The position numbers were made by a program, and so were the translations under genes. This document shows, one piece after another, positions 39,500 through 54,804 of a stretch of 64,000 nt of DNA. Each line of letters begins with the position of its first letter. Position 1 is the stretch's first letter. Origin of the DNA: Eledone cirrhosa (lineage: Eukaryota); assembly GCA_964016885.1 (NCBI GenBank), contig OZ024743.1:81468001-81532000 (forward strand), in the 5' to 3' direction. Below the pieces are notes generated by a model. That model did not search any database and was not told the DNA's origin. It saw only the letters and a program-made list of their open reading frames with translations.

Positions 39500-39940
39500 G
39501 TGATGTGTGTGTATGTATGGTTGGATGTGTAAATATATCAGTGTATTTGTGTGTGTATGTGTGTCTGTGTGTATGTGTCTGTGTGTGTGTCTATGTGTGT
39601 GTCTATGTGTGTATGTGTGTACGTGTGTGTCTATGTCAGTGTGTGTGTCTATGTGTCTGTGTGCCACTGTGTGTCTCCGTGTGTACATGTGTGTACATGT
39701 GTGTCTATATGTATGTGTGTCTGTGTGTGTCTGTGTGTGTGTCTATGTGTGCGTCTATGTGTGTACGTGTGTGTCTATGTGTGAACGTGTGTGTCTGTGT
39801 ACGTATGTGTCTGTGTGTGTGTGTATGTGTATGTGTGCCTGTGTGTCTGTGTGTGTGTCTAAGTGTCTGTGTGTGTCTATATGTGTGTGTCTGTGTGTGT
39901 GTCTCTGTGTGTGTCTCTGTGTGTGTGTCTGTGTGTGTAT
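39500..39940. repeat. Degenerate (TG)n/(TGTGTC)n repeat
   Basis: Directly visible. Confidence 0.9.
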
Positions 39941-40681
39941 GAACGTCTGTTTAGAGAGTGACATCTCAACATGGCGCTATCCAGTTTCTCTGTTTAAGGG
40001 GTTCGAGAGGCTAAATTTAGAACGAAATTTGAAACGTGAATCAATGTAGAAGTTTTTCCAGTAATTTCCTAGTATAAACACGGTGACCATTAATCCTGAG
40101 CCAAAACCTACACAGCCTTTCCATCCCCACCAAAAACAAAGATGGACGTCATGAAGTTCAATAAAATATAAAAGCATAAATAAAAACTAAAATCTGTGTA
40201 AAAAAAAAAAATGTAGAAATGATAAAAGCTAATATTTCAACTGGCGGTGGATTTGCAGAGTCGTTAGAGCGTCCAATTCTTTATATTTTGTGTTCAGATT
40301 TCACGAAGGACAACTTTACTCCTCATCACTTGGTGATCGATGAAATAAATTGTCAGTCATTCTTATCTAAACAATTCTTGCTGGATGAACGAGTGAGTAA
40401 ACAGATGAAACTCGGGAGTTATAAGACTCATCACTGAGCTATAATATAAGATATTATTAAACTACACTTCGGTATTGAGCACTCATTTTGGGGAAGGTCA
40501 GCATCATATGATGACACTATGGTAAACATCTCGTGTATTTGTTTATTTTTAGTTGTTTTTACCCCCACCCCCCACCCCCCTCTTATCATTGTCAACAGGT
40601 ATCCTTTTGTCTTTATTTCGTTTTTGACATTGTATTTTTTTTGTTCTTATTCATTTATTTATTTATTCTTATTACTTCCTG

Positions 40682-40734
<53 letters not shown>

Positions 40735-41002
40735 CTATTTTGAAAATGTGGACTGTGAACAACAATTATATTTGACTGGCTGCTATTTGCAGTATAGCAA
40801 TATAAGGTTGCACTTACCAATGAAACGGTGTAAATACCTTGATAAAATCCTTCTCTTAATGCTTACCTGTGTTTTCTCTTTTATACTATATATATATTCC
40901 TTTTCCCCTCTTCTTCTTCGCCCGTTTTTTTCTCAGCCACACTTTCATATTTCTTGAATTTTGTTTTCAAATCCGTATTTAATAAAAACACAATGTTTTT
41001 GA

Positions 41003-41063
41003 TTCATTCTGACGACTGAAAACAGATCTAACATCTGCTTTCAAGAAACCACTGGTAAATGAA
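41003..41063 (+). ncRNA. Type-I hammerhead ribozyme
   Basis: TTCATT CTGACGA C TGAAAACAGAT-ctaac-ATCTGCTTTCA A GAAA CC-act-GG TA AATGAA; all three stems pair. Confidence 0.88.
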
Positions 41064-41157
41064 ATAATTATCTTATGTTATTTATTACATAACTAATAAG
41101 CTCAGTAGCCTACATAGAGCACTCTTTTTTCCTGTACCTTTCCGACCGAATTACTTC

Positions 41158-41210
<53 letters not shown>

Positions 41211-41226
41211 GAGAGAGAGAGGGGGG

Positions 41227-41396
41227 GTAGAAAACTGGAAGGTAATATCCGTAGTGGTAGAACACTCAGTCCATGGGACGAGTTAGGTAGAAGTAGTAAC
41301 ACAACAGTTAGTTCACCACACCGAGAACAATTGTTTCACCTTATGAGAATCCTCAGCTCGGATCTGCATCAGGTGAAACAATTGTTACTACTTCTA
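41227..41396. mobile_element. Fold-back cassette with a hammerhead at 41321-41361 (-)
   Basis: Minus strand CCGAG CTGAGGA TTCTCATAAGGT GAAA C-AATT-G TT CTCGG; same family as 18131. Confidence 0.82.
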
Positions 41397-41435
41397 TATA
41401 TATATATACATATATATATATATAAATATACATAT

Positions 41436-41525
<90 letters not shown>

Positions 41526-41551
41526 TTGGATGGGACTTGCCATGTAAACTC

Positions 41552-41639
41552 GCATATCTGAGGAGGTGTCGATTAAGTGTCGGGATGCAATCGCCTAGTC
41601 AAACCCGAGCTGATCGATATCGAAACAGTTGTAATATGC
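41552..41639 (+). ncRNA. Type-I hammerhead ribozyme with a long stem II
   Basis: GCATAT CTGAGGA GGTGTCGATTA...TGATCGATATC GAAA C-AGTT-G TA ATATGC. Confidence 0.88.
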
Positions 41640-41676
41640 AATAACATTTCATAACAAACTGCAAATCTGACTTCCT

Positions 41677-41751
<75 letters not shown>

Positions 41752-41779
41752 ATATATATATATATATATTAAATGTATA

Positions 41780-42566
41780 TATTGAGTTAGCAACTCAAAA
41801 TAGTGTCTTACAACAAAATACTTATATTATAATAGAATATAAAAGCAAAAACAAACACAGATATATAGATATATGTGTTCAAATCGCAAGGGACCTGATT
41901 CGCTAAGGTGAAAAGAATACTAACTATCGACAATTGGGTCGGCCTGTCTCAATTTAAGAAAGAATTAAGAAAATAAATACAAACCGGATTTGTGGTAACT
42001 ACCAATCACCCAGACAACTTAGTGTTGTTTTGCAATATTAATTGTGAATAGATATACTAATCCAAGCTCATCAGTGGGTGATGAATTCGTATCCTAGACA
42101 CATCTATGTATGCTAAATATAAAAAATAAAACAGTGCACATGGCATCCTAGCGAGTCTCACAAACACACACCACTAGAAATAGCAGCCAGGCTTACTCGA
42201 TATTTGAAATAGCTCAACAAATTAACGGAGCCGAATATGTTAAATGTATATATTGAGTTTGTATTTATTTTCTTAAATTGAGACAAGCGAACCCAATTGT
42301 CTTTAGTTAGTATATATATATATATTGAGTTAGAAACTTCTTTTTCTTGATTTATTACTTTAAATTAAGTCTGGCAAACTATATTGTTATAGTTAGTATT
42401 TTTTTCACCCTAGTAAACCTGATCCTTTACAATTCGAACACATGTATGTTTATATTTGTGTTTATCTCTCTTGTATATTCATTTATATTACACGGCTCAG
42501 AAAAACTTCTTTCTTGGAGCTATTTAATTGTAAGAGACTATTTTGAGTTTCTAACTAAATATATAC
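41780..42566. mobile_element. Diverged fold-back structure with a hammerhead at 42005-42082 (-, G12>A)
   Basis: 41780-41985 is inverted against 42255-42310 and 42340-42566; ribozyme ATCACCCA CTGATGA GC...GC AAAA CAAC-actaa-GTTG TC TGGGTGAT. Confidence 0.75.
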
Positions 42567-42647
<81 letters not shown>

Positions 42648-42650
<3 letters not shown>

Positions 42651-43670
42651 CAAGAAAGTACGTCCATAGAATCATTTGCTAAAATATATACAGTATTTCC
42701 TCTCCCAATCAACATAATCAACCACACAAAAAATCAATTAAACAAGGCATTAAACCATCTATGAAGAAACAATAGATAAATAAACGATAGCTATTTTATC
42801 CGCGATCAACAGCCACAGAATATTTACCCAGTATTTCTAATAGCCCGTGGAAACCGATTAGATATATAGCCAACCATACACAATTAGGTACAAAATCAAA
42901 GTTAGAAGAAAAAATGTATATAAGCATACCAAAATTATGTCTCTACCCCATGAAGTTTCATTCGCTTTTTGTAAATATCCGATCAAGGATAAATTCACGA
43001 GTTTCGAAATCATCAGGAAATATACTCAATTGGACAAAGATTTTTCTTAAATGATCCCCGCCAAAAACGAATTCCAATTGGCTAAGAACTGTGACGTGGC
43101 TAGTGGTCAAGCCATTTTGAATTCGTTTTTGGCGGGGATCATTTAAGAAAAATCTTTGTCCAATTGAGTTTATTTCCTGATGATTTCGAAACTCGTGAAT
43201 TTATGCTTGATCGGATATTTCCAAAAATCGAATGAAACCACTTGGGGTAGAGACATAATTTTGGTATGCTTATATACATTTTTTCTTCTAACTTTGATTT
43301 TGTACCTAATTGTGTATGGTTGGTTATATATCTAATCGATTTCCACGGGCTATTAGAAATACTGGGTAAATATTCTGTGGCTGTTGATCGCGGATAAAAT
43401 AGCTATCGTTTATTTATCTATTGTTTCTTCATAGATACTTTTTAAACTTATAGCCTTGTTTAATTGATTTTTTGTGTGGTTGATTATGCTGATTGGGAGA
43501 TGAAATACTGTATATATTTTATCAAATGATTCTATGGACTTACTTTCTTATATATTGCTCTGATTGTTGATTATTTAATTAATTAATTCGTCATTGAGCC
43601 ACACCGTGAATGGTTGCCAAAAACACATATATATCTATATATATCTACGGCTCTGTCTAGTTTATGTATA
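42648..43670. mobile_element. Large fold-back element (~440-bp arms, 42648-43085 / 43108-43553) in (TA)n
   Basis: Arm-to-arm complementarity can be read throughout; contains the hammerhead-like CTGATGA-TTTC-GAAA at about 43177 and its complement at about 43003. Confidence 0.88.
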
Positions 43671-43678
43671 TGTAAATA

Positions 43679-43764
<86 letters not shown>

Positions 43765-43837
43765 AGTTATGTATATATATATATATATATATATATAATT
43801 TAGTTATATATATATATATATATATATATAATTTAGT

Positions 43838-43877
<40 letters not shown>

Positions 43878-43977
43878 AGTTATGTATATATATATATATA
43901 ATTTTGTTATTTACACACATATATATATAATTCAAAATATTAACAAATGAAAATATTCTCATAATCAAAATATATAC

Positions 43978-44038
43978 TTTATTATATATATTTCAAAGGT
44001 ACTGTTTTTTTTTTTCAATATGTCTTCATCAGACAAAA
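43978..44038 (-). ncRNA. Hammerhead ribozyme of the same family as 37991/38211
   Basis: Minus strand TTTGT CTGATGA AG...CTTT GAAA T-ATAT-A TA ATAAA; shares the ATATTAACAAATG tail; ends in (TA)n. Confidence 0.72.
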
Positions 44039-45409
44039 TATATGATTTGGTATATGACATACCGCTACGGTCTTGATTATTCAATTCCAGTATTGGTAGT
44101 ATATATATATATATATATATGGAGAAGAAGTTTATGAAACGGAAATGCGGGTATAAAGAATTTATTAGGTAACAATTGTTTCTATAGTGGGGTATATATA
44201 TATGTGGGGTATATATATATATATGCAACTGTATATATGCCTGTATTAAAGTAGTTTGCCTGTCAGCGATTTGTGTTTCTCTGGGTATGTTTGTGCGTGT
44301 CTGTGACCATGTCCATGTGTCTGTATATTTATTTGTGTGTGCGTGTACGTGTTCGTGACTATGTGTATGTATATTTATCTGTTTCTATATGTGTACATCT
44401 ATTTCCCTTCCTGTATATGTCTATTTTCAATAGTATATTTGCCATTGCGCATGAACACCACTGTTTCGACGTGTGCGTGTGTGTGCTTGTGTGTGTGCGC
44501 GCACGTGCACATGTGTGTTCAAGTACTGATTTAGAATATTAACCCCCAGAGAAATCCAGGGGTAACGACAAGAAGTCCCGGAGAGCAGGGAACAATGGAT
44601 ATTCCCCTAAATGAAATCCATGTCACTTTGTGCCTTATAAAGGTTTCTTAATTATGCAAGAAGCCATACACACATCGAAGCAACCTTTAGACAGGAGTGC
44701 CGTGTACCTGCCTTCAGCAGGATTCGAAATTATATACCTTACAGGCAAAAGTTTCCTACATTATTTATATCGTAAATTGTGTTTCGCTATTCTGATATTT
44801 GTTGGAAGAATGATGTGGAATGTGATATCTACAGTGAATATAATCGTATTGTATAGTGGTATCTTTATACATATATGTGTGTGTCTAGAGATGTGTGGAA
44901 TATATATGTGTGTGTGAATATACTCTGTGTGTATGTGTATATGTTTATGCAACGTGATATCTGTGTGGTGTGTGTATGTGTTTATATATGTGTGGAAGTG
45001 TGGCCTGTGTGTATGTGTATATGTGTATGAATATTGCATGTGTGTATATGTTTATATGTGTATATGTGTATGAGTATTGCTTGTGTATATGTCTATATGT
45101 GTATTGTCTGAGTGTATGTGTATGTGTGTATGTGTATATGTAGGTGTGAGTATGTACAGAATGGTATGCGTTAGACAGAGTGACTTTAAAGGTATTACAA
45201 TGTGACATATATAATTACTTTTGATTTGAATGTGTGAATATATGAATGTGTGTCTGTGTGTGCGTGTGTGTCTGTATGTGAGTGTGTGTGTATGTGTGAG
45301 TGTGTGTCTGTGTGAGTGTGTGGTCTGTGTCTGAGTGTGTTTGTCTGTGTGAGTGTGTATCTGTGCATCTGTGTATATGAGTGAGCAACTGTGTGAATAA
45401 GTATGCAGA

Positions 45410-45449
45410 AAATCGTATAACATGTTATATCATTAAACACACAAATACT

Positions 45450-45506
<57 letters not shown>

Positions 45507-45665
45507 ATTTGTGTGTTTAAAGATATAACATGTTATACGATTTAGCTTCAGGTATAGTTGTATGCAGATATGTATTGGAATTTCGTATTTCAGAAGAAAT
45601 ACGGTATGTTTAAAATACGAAATTCCAATACATGTCTGTATACAACTATGCCTGAAGCTAAATTG
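45410..45665. repeat. Two abutting inverted repeats, the first centred on a (TA)n tract
   Basis: AAATCGTATAACATGTTATATC...TACTACA-(TA)n-TGTAGTA...GATATAACATGTTATACGATTT, then TTTAGCTTCAGG...CCTGAAGCTAAA. Confidence 0.85.
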
Positions 45666-45801
45666 TAGTTCTGTTCTATTATAAGTTGGGCCAACTTATA
45701 CAGCTTCATATGCAAATGAGATTAATCACATCATTTACACAGACGAGAAAACCATATATTCTCGCCTGTTTTTAAAGTCCGGCAGTTTAAGAGTGGGAGG
45801 G

Positions 45802-45846
45802 ATCGTGCTGATGAGACCAGTTTAGTTTGAAATGCACATCCACGAT
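45802..45846 (+). ncRNA. Minimal type-I hammerhead ribozyme
   Basis: ATCGTG CTGATGA GACCAGTTTAGTTT GAAA T-GCAC-A TC CACGAT; the tail runs into (TA)n at about 45928. Confidence 0.85.
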
Positions 45847-45924
45847 TGTCCCCCTTGCTTCTGCTGGACACCGCCAGACGGCGTTAGTCGCTGCTTTTTT
45901 GTCATAGATACAGCTCTCCAAATG

Positions 45925-45973
<49 letters not shown>

Positions 45974-46070
45974 AATAAATGATCCACAGGAGGCAATTTT
46001 ACACAGTTACATTAGGCTCACACTTGAATAAGTATATACATATATATATCTATATATCTATCTATCTATC

Positions 46071-46104
<34 letters not shown>

Positions 46105-46356
46105 AATGTACAGTATGATGTGCGTCTATGTGTAATGAGTAGTATGAAACTTACATACACATACACAGATACATATACACAGATGAACATAAAATAAAAC
46201 ATAAAGACATATAGAGTTGTATATATATATATATATAGATACAATAAGATATGTAGACATATAGAGTTATATATATATCGATACAATAACAAATGTAGAC
46301 ATATAGAGTTATATATACACGCATATAAATACAATAATATATGTAGACATATAGAG

Positions 46357-46391
<35 letters not shown>

Positions 46392-47046
46392 TGTACAAAC
46401 AATAAAAAATGTACAGACATATAGAGCTATATATACACATATACATACACATATACATACATATATATACATATACATACATATACATATACATTTACAT
46501 ACATATACATACATATACATACATATACATATATATACATATATATACATACAAATTCATACATATATATACATGTACTACATATACATACAAATACATA
46601 CAAATACATACATGTACATACATATACATACAATGAAATAATGTAATATTTGCAATCAAGATGGAGAAGAAAAAAGCAATGAATTTCGAGAAAATTTGAG
46701 ATATTTTTCACTTCTTTTCCTCTTCTATGCAGTAAGTAATCACTTTCCATTTTCTCAATATTTAATAATTACGTATATATATATATATATATATACACTC
46801 ATTTAGGTTTATATATATATATATATATATACTCATTTAGGTTTATATATATATATATTTATTAAAATAACAGATTAAAGTTTAAGCATATATATGTATA
46901 TATATATACTCATTTAGGTTTATATATATATGTGTATATATACACATATACATATATATGTAGATGTATATATATACTTAAAAAAACAAAAATTCGTTAA
47001 CACTTATTACATCGATAATGTTTTAAATACTCCGTCTCATATATAC

Positions 47047-47081
<35 letters not shown>

Positions 47082-47176
47082 AAGTATTTCTCTATGTATT
47101 ATTTTATTCATTTAACTTAATATCTTTTAAATCTTGTTTCAAATTCAATAACATTTATTCACATTTCTACGCATAT

Positions 47177-47293
<117 letters not shown>

Positions 47294-47458
47294 TGTGTGT
47301 GTGTGTAAGAATTATTTTTTAATAAAACTATATACACTTACTTATCTTCTCTTAGCTAAAATGCTGTTGCATACATTGATGTTGTTGTTGTTGTTGATGT
47401 TGTTGGTATTTGTTGTTGATGCTGTTGGTATTGTTGTTGCCGGCGTTGATGTTGATGG

Positions 47459-47507
<49 letters not shown>

Positions 47508-48273
47508 CCTGGTTTATCAAATATCTATCTTTATCCATCCATGTTTTCTCATTTCTTATTTCCTCGTTGATTACATTTAGAGGAAAAAGAAAACATTAGT
47601 AAATAAAATATATAATTACATTTTAAATTAGCACTCTATTCATTACGATTATTGTTGTTGTTATAGTTATTTTTGTTAATGAAATTACGTTATTATTGTT
47701 GGTGTTGTTGTTAATGAAATTATGTTGTTATTGATGTTATTTTGGTCGTTGCTAATGAAATAAAATTGGTGTTTCTTTCATTATTCTTATTATCGGTGTT
47801 GTTCGGAAAGAAATTACAATGATGCTTGTGTGGTTGTTGTTGTTATTTACCTGTTATAATTATTGTTAGATGTCACGTTAATTGTCAATGATTGGGAAAC
47901 GGCGGGGAGAAACCTTTCAAAAGAGGTTCAAACTAAACATTAATATCACTGTCGTATATATTGAGAACATAGTGCAAATATATATAACTAGATGTCTGTA
48001 TATATATATATACTTATATATATATAATTACATATATACTTACATATATATGTATGTATATATATACATACAAACTTATCTATAGACATACATATGTACA
48101 TACATATATAATTATTTACATATATATACATACATACATAGATACATACATGTATATTTACATTCATACATGCATATATGTTTGTGAGTATGTGTATGTA
48201 TATAAATATATATATGTATGTACGTGTGTACATATATACATGCATGGATGCATATATATGTGTATATTTGTAT

Positions 48274-48317
<44 letters not shown>

Positions 48318-48321
<4 letters not shown>

Positions 48322-48440
48322 TTAATATACTTGAGATTCTACAGGACTAGAACTGTTTCATTCCTGGCTCCTTTTATACTCTGATATGTATTGAGTACCT
48401 TACTTACTGAGGTTACCTCCGATTCAAACCGGAATAACTT
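48318..48440. mobile_element. Collapsed copy of the pLTR-like family also at 50420-50560 and 54805-54990
   Basis: Shares TTCTACAGGACTAGAACTGTTTCA and ATGTATTGAGTACCTTAC; (TA)n on both sides. Confidence 0.6.
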
Positions 48441-48443
48441 ACC

Positions 48444-48474
<31 letters not shown>

Positions 48475-48477
48475 ATT

Positions 48478-48597
<120 letters not shown>

Positions 48598-48904
48598 TGT
48601 GTTTGTGTGTGTGTGTGTATGTGTGTGTGTGTATATATATATATATATGTATGTACGTATGTATGTATGTATATATACATATATACATATGTGTGTGTTA
48701 CAGTACGCTTGTCTGTAGCATAAGCATACGCACACTTATGGTAGCCTCTATCAATAAATCTATCGATTAATAGATAGTTCTCTTGCAATGATAGCGATCT
48801 TCAAATATTGAAAATTAAAACCCTGCATTTGAGTACAAACACACACTCTTACGACACCGCCTCCCACACACCACCATATACAACTTCAAACACAAACATG
48901 TAAT

Positions 48905-48941
<37 letters not shown>

Positions 48942-49070
48942 GTATTTACGTTTAGATATTAAAATGTTTATAGAAATATTCTCATATAAATAAATGTCTC
49001 ATTCTTCAGCCTACTTACATATCTTCATATTTATTAATTTCATACTCTCTGTCTCTCATATATCTATATG

Positions 49071-49219
<149 letters not shown>

Positions 49220-49289
49220 GTAAATACATATATATATGCATTTATGTAACGAAGGAAGTGTGTTAGACTCTTTTCCTATGTATTTATGT

Positions 49290-49345
<56 letters not shown>

Positions 49346-50097
49346 CTTAAATTCGTCCAAGTAGCGTATTGATTCAGCTTTCACCATGACTGTATGCGTG
49401 ATGCCTGTATAAACTAACCGTTTCCAGCTGACATATCTATCATCCCTTTTAGTAAAGGTCTGCTACACTTTAGCTGAAGACTATACATTTTTTTCAGCTT
49501 CATTAGCTTTATCTCTTAGGGTTTTCCACTATTCCACACTACGATTTTATTCGTTTGGTTGGAACCAAATTTTCTGTAGAATCACAAGACTTTTACTACA
49601 ATTGGAAGACGTATTCTAAGATTCGAAGTAACATTTAACTGTTCTCTATAATTGTCCTTGATTCTTTGCTTTTTCAACTCTTCATATAGTTTCTTTTGTC
49701 CTCTCATATCTCTCTCACTCATTCACACACTATCTCCCTCACCCTATACCCCTCACTCTCACTCACACTCTACCCCACTCTCTCTCACACACTCTCTCAC
49801 ACCTCTCTCTCTCTCTCACTCTCCCTCACTCTCTCTCTCTCTCTCACACACAACTCTTCCCCCTCTCCCTCTCTCGTGTTTCTTAATTATAGGTGACAAT
49901 AGACACCTTTTCTTCAAACCATGGATCACATGACCTACCAACACATGAAATAAAAACATAAAATACTATTTGTCTTAGTAAAGTTCATACATTGATAACT
50001 AAGATATTCTCACTGACTGACCCTCTGATAAATACCTTACAATGTCTTACACTACCAACTAACCACTACAATAACTGATGATTACAATACAATGTCT

Positions 50098-50340
50098 CCT
50101 TCTTTCTCGTGAGAGGGTCACCGGGCAGAGTCCACAAACACTATTTCCAGGGTGTCCTGTCAGAAGCAACCGTCTCCAACTGATCCGGTTGGATTCCCAA
50201 GCGTAACCAGTCAAGCTCGTGGATGTTATCCACCCCTCTTGCTCGGAGTCTACCCCTGGGTCTCCTGTCAGTTGGTTTTACCCGTAAAATCTGTACACCG
50301 ATTCTTTCCTGTCACATTCTAACCAGACGCCCATAATGTT
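50098..50340 (-). mobile_element. RTE-clade LINE 3' fragment
   Basis: The reverse complement resembles 57520-57770 (YYGRLVRM...KPTDRRPRGR...WITS). Confidence 0.75.
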
Positions 50341-50419
50341 TTACATTACTAACTGATGACTAAAATATATTTCCTCACTCCCCATATACTGTCACCGCTA
50401 CTATAAGGTGTCTAATAGA

Positions 50420-50560
50420 ATGCATAGTGGCTCAGTCAAGGGTAAGGTATTCAATACATTAGTAGATGGTAAACTTCACGTTTGATATAGCTTCTACAGG
50501 AATAGAACTGTTTCATTCAAATAAATCAATAGGAAAGCCGGCTTTCCTGGTGATTTATAC
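50420..50560. mobile_element. pLTR-like cassette with a decayed hammerhead and a short fold-back
   Basis: Minus strand TTTC CTATTGA...GAAA CAG-ttctattc-CTG TA GAAG; hairpin GGAAAGCCGGCTTTCC. Confidence 0.6.
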
Positions 50561-51584
50561 ATTAAGCCTCATATATATATATGTATATATATATACAAAG
50601 AGGGCTCGATAAGGATAAATATATATCAAATATATAAGAACCGTAGAGCAAATTACTTTAATATATATATATATATATATATTCAAGAGAAGTGAACATG
50701 TAAAAAGAAAACGATTCGGGGAAACATCTCAATAGAATAATAATATATTAGTTAAACGCTTCAGAGAATTCGTAAAGGGACGTAATACTTCGGATGTTGA
50801 CTTTCATTGGAAGATTGAAGCAGAGAAAGAGAGAAAATGATAAAACACAAAGGAAGCACGCAGAGCTGCTGTGTAGCTATCATCATCATTTAGCGTCTAT
50901 TTTCCAAGTCAATACTTTATCAGATCTTTTGGACTCTCAGACACACCGGGGCCACAACTCACTTACATTCATTCCCACACTTTTCAGAGTGCACTGGGTG
51001 CATTTCACTGTTTTATCTGTGTTAAGGAACTTCGTATTTCACGAGAACTTTTGAACATTTGTTTGGGATATTTTCTACGGTTGGATACCCTTCTTATCAC
51101 CAAAAGAGACTAAAGAGGCAGCATCCTTTTCTTCGGATGTTATAACTTACACTCTGCTCGCGTGTATTGAGTGCTCATTCAGTTAATGTTGAATAGTTTT
51201 ATGTGTATGTGCACCTAAATCACCCTTTCAACTGTACATATATATATATGTATCTGTGTGTGTGTGTGTGTAAATACTTGATTTGTGATTTAAAAGCCAT
51301 GTTCATAACTCCTGTACAATTATGTTTATGGCAGATATAAAAAAATAACAATAAAAAAACCCAAATAACAAACAATGATGAAAGACATGGCAGCCATCTT
51401 TCAAGAGATGTATTTAAAAGACATCTGTCTGTATTTATGTATCAACACAGGTTTCAACATACTCTTTGTGTGGTTGGGTGCCTCACTGTTTACTTGTGTG
51501 TGTGTCTATGTGAGTGAGTATGTACTTGCATGTGTGTGTATATGTATTGTGTATGCGTTGGTGTGGGTGTGTATGAATATACAA

Positions 51585-51653
<69 letters not shown>

Positions 51654-52064
51654 CACACACTTATATACATGTTATTATGAGTATTATTGTCATTACAAAC
51701 TTACCATATATACACAATGACATAAGCATGTATGTAATATGTGATTGTATTGGCATCGAGGTGAATAAGCAGGCGTATTTGTGTATATATATATATATAT
51801 ATATACATGTGTGTGTGTGTGTGTTGTATGTTTACGTGTGTGTGTCAGAGTTTTGAGTATATATTTATGCGTCTACATATGTGTAGGTATACGTGGATGC
51901 ATGAACATATGCCTTCGAACACACAATATACGCATGTATATATAAATATATATGTATATATAAATATATATCCATAAATTACAAATATTTTAGACGATCC
52001 TTTTGAGTGAAGGGATGTATATAAGTTATAAGAATGATTCTATGCGTGCAAACTAGTTGTATCG

Positions 52065-52825
<761 letters not shown>

Positions 52826-53738
52826 TGAACGTCATAACTTTAATATCATTTGTATCAGTAAGCGAACATGTCTTGCGCATATTTCATCAAACACACACAT
52901 ACATATACATACACATACATATACATACACATACATATATATAGAGAGAAACATTTAGAAATACATTCATATATTCATTGATATATGTGTATGTGTACAT
53001 ACATACATAAATATTTATATACATACCCCCCTATATATATATATATATATGCATATACATATTGAGGTGGTATGTGTGTGTGTATGTGTGTATGTGTGTT
53101 TTAATGTATGTCTGCATAAGCTGGAAAATACAATATTGCAGGTAGTAAAAACAGCACGTGCTGTCAATAAATGTTTGAAAGGATACGCACTGCTTGAAAA
53201 GAGAGATAAAATCTCCTGGAGAAGAAAGAGAAGAAGAAAGAGAAGAGGAAAGAGAAGAGGAAAGAGAAGAAGAAAGTGTAGAAGAAAGAGCGGAAGAAAG
53301 AGAAGAAGAAAGAGATATGAAGAAATGAAAGTTGAAGAAACAAACACAGAAAAAGTAACAGGCGTTTCAGTGATGCATCAAAACTAAGAGGATTATCTCC
53401 CCCTGTAACTTGCATTGGCCGGGATGAGTCGCTACTTTGTTCTAACGTAATTTGGAACGACATGGCACAATTTAGTGGAGTAGGGTGCAGAGAGAAGTGA
53501 AAGAAAACTGGTTGGTGTTCAATAGATATATAGATATCGATTATTATTAAAATGATGTAAAGATGCTCAACTAATGTTACAAGAATACTGCACCTATCTC
53601 TCTATTTACAATCTTTCTTTCATAGCTTTCTGTCTATCTATCTATCATATATATATATATATATGTGGGGGGGGGTCTGTGCATGCGGGTGTGCATGTAT
53701 GCGTATATATATATATATGTGTATATATACACACACAC

Positions 53739-53807
<69 letters not shown>

Positions 53808-53868
53808 CGCATTCATGCACACCCGCACACACAGACACACACACGCACACACACACACGCACACACAA

Positions 53869-53902
<34 letters not shown>

Positions 53903-54032
53903 CCTTTGCATGTTTTCGCCTACTGCATTTGTTAAAATATCTATTTTTTTCATCGCACCAATCTATCTATCTTTCTTTCTAACTATCTATATCTAGATGT
54001 CTATGTAATATATATATATATATGTATCTATG

Positions 54033-54106
<74 letters not shown>

Positions 54107-54109
<3 letters not shown>

Positions 54110-54299
54110 AAAAAGGATGACCCCGACGGCAGAACTCAAGCCGCTTCGACGGCTATTTCTGGACTCCAGAAATAGCCGTCGAAACGGCTTGAACTCTGCC
54201 GTCGGGGTCATACTTTTTCTTATTTCCCACTCTGCTACCCTAAGTATTGAGTACTCTGGTGCGTTATGGTCCATCTGGTTCCTTACCAGAATACCTTCG

Positions 54300-54300
<1 letters not shown>
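54107..54300. mobile_element. Fold-back cassette retaining only the 3' half of a hammerhead
   Basis: About 55-bp arms around 54163; the right arm reads GAAA CGGC-ttgaactct-GCCG TC GGGGTC; tail carries GTATTGAGTACTC; (TA)n on both sides. Confidence 0.7.
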
Positions 54301-54363
<63 letters not shown>

Positions 54364-54670
54364 CTATACCTATCTGCAGGATCTGCAGGAATCAAAGCAC
54401 GACTGACAGTTGTATGGAGAGAGCGAGAGGTGTTTGAAAGCTGCAGGAATTATAGGCAATGGCCATGTCAAACATATAACCTATAGCTTAGTTCCGTCTT
54501 TACCGATAGCATCTCCTATCAATCTTACATCATGGCGTCCACACCGGCAACTATTAGCTCGTAAAAATGCACTTTCACTGAACAGCACAATCTATTGGCA
54601 TATATGTTATCTATACATGTGTATGTCTGCATGTACATATGTGTATACGCGTGCATAGCTCTTATATATG

Positions 54671-54769
<99 letters not shown>

Positions 54770-54804
54770 ATACACACACACACACATACACGTATATATA
54801 TATC

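Noticed and set aside
40376-40428. Hammerhead-like TCTTG CTGGATGA...GAAA CTCGGGAG TTA TAAGA
   Set aside because: It has a core insertion and no stem II; possibly a relic, but not counted.
53049-53463. Arg/Lys-rich ORF or minus-strand exon after a polypyrimidine tract
   Set aside because: It is driven by a (GAAGAAAGA)n repeat, with no donor site or homology evident.
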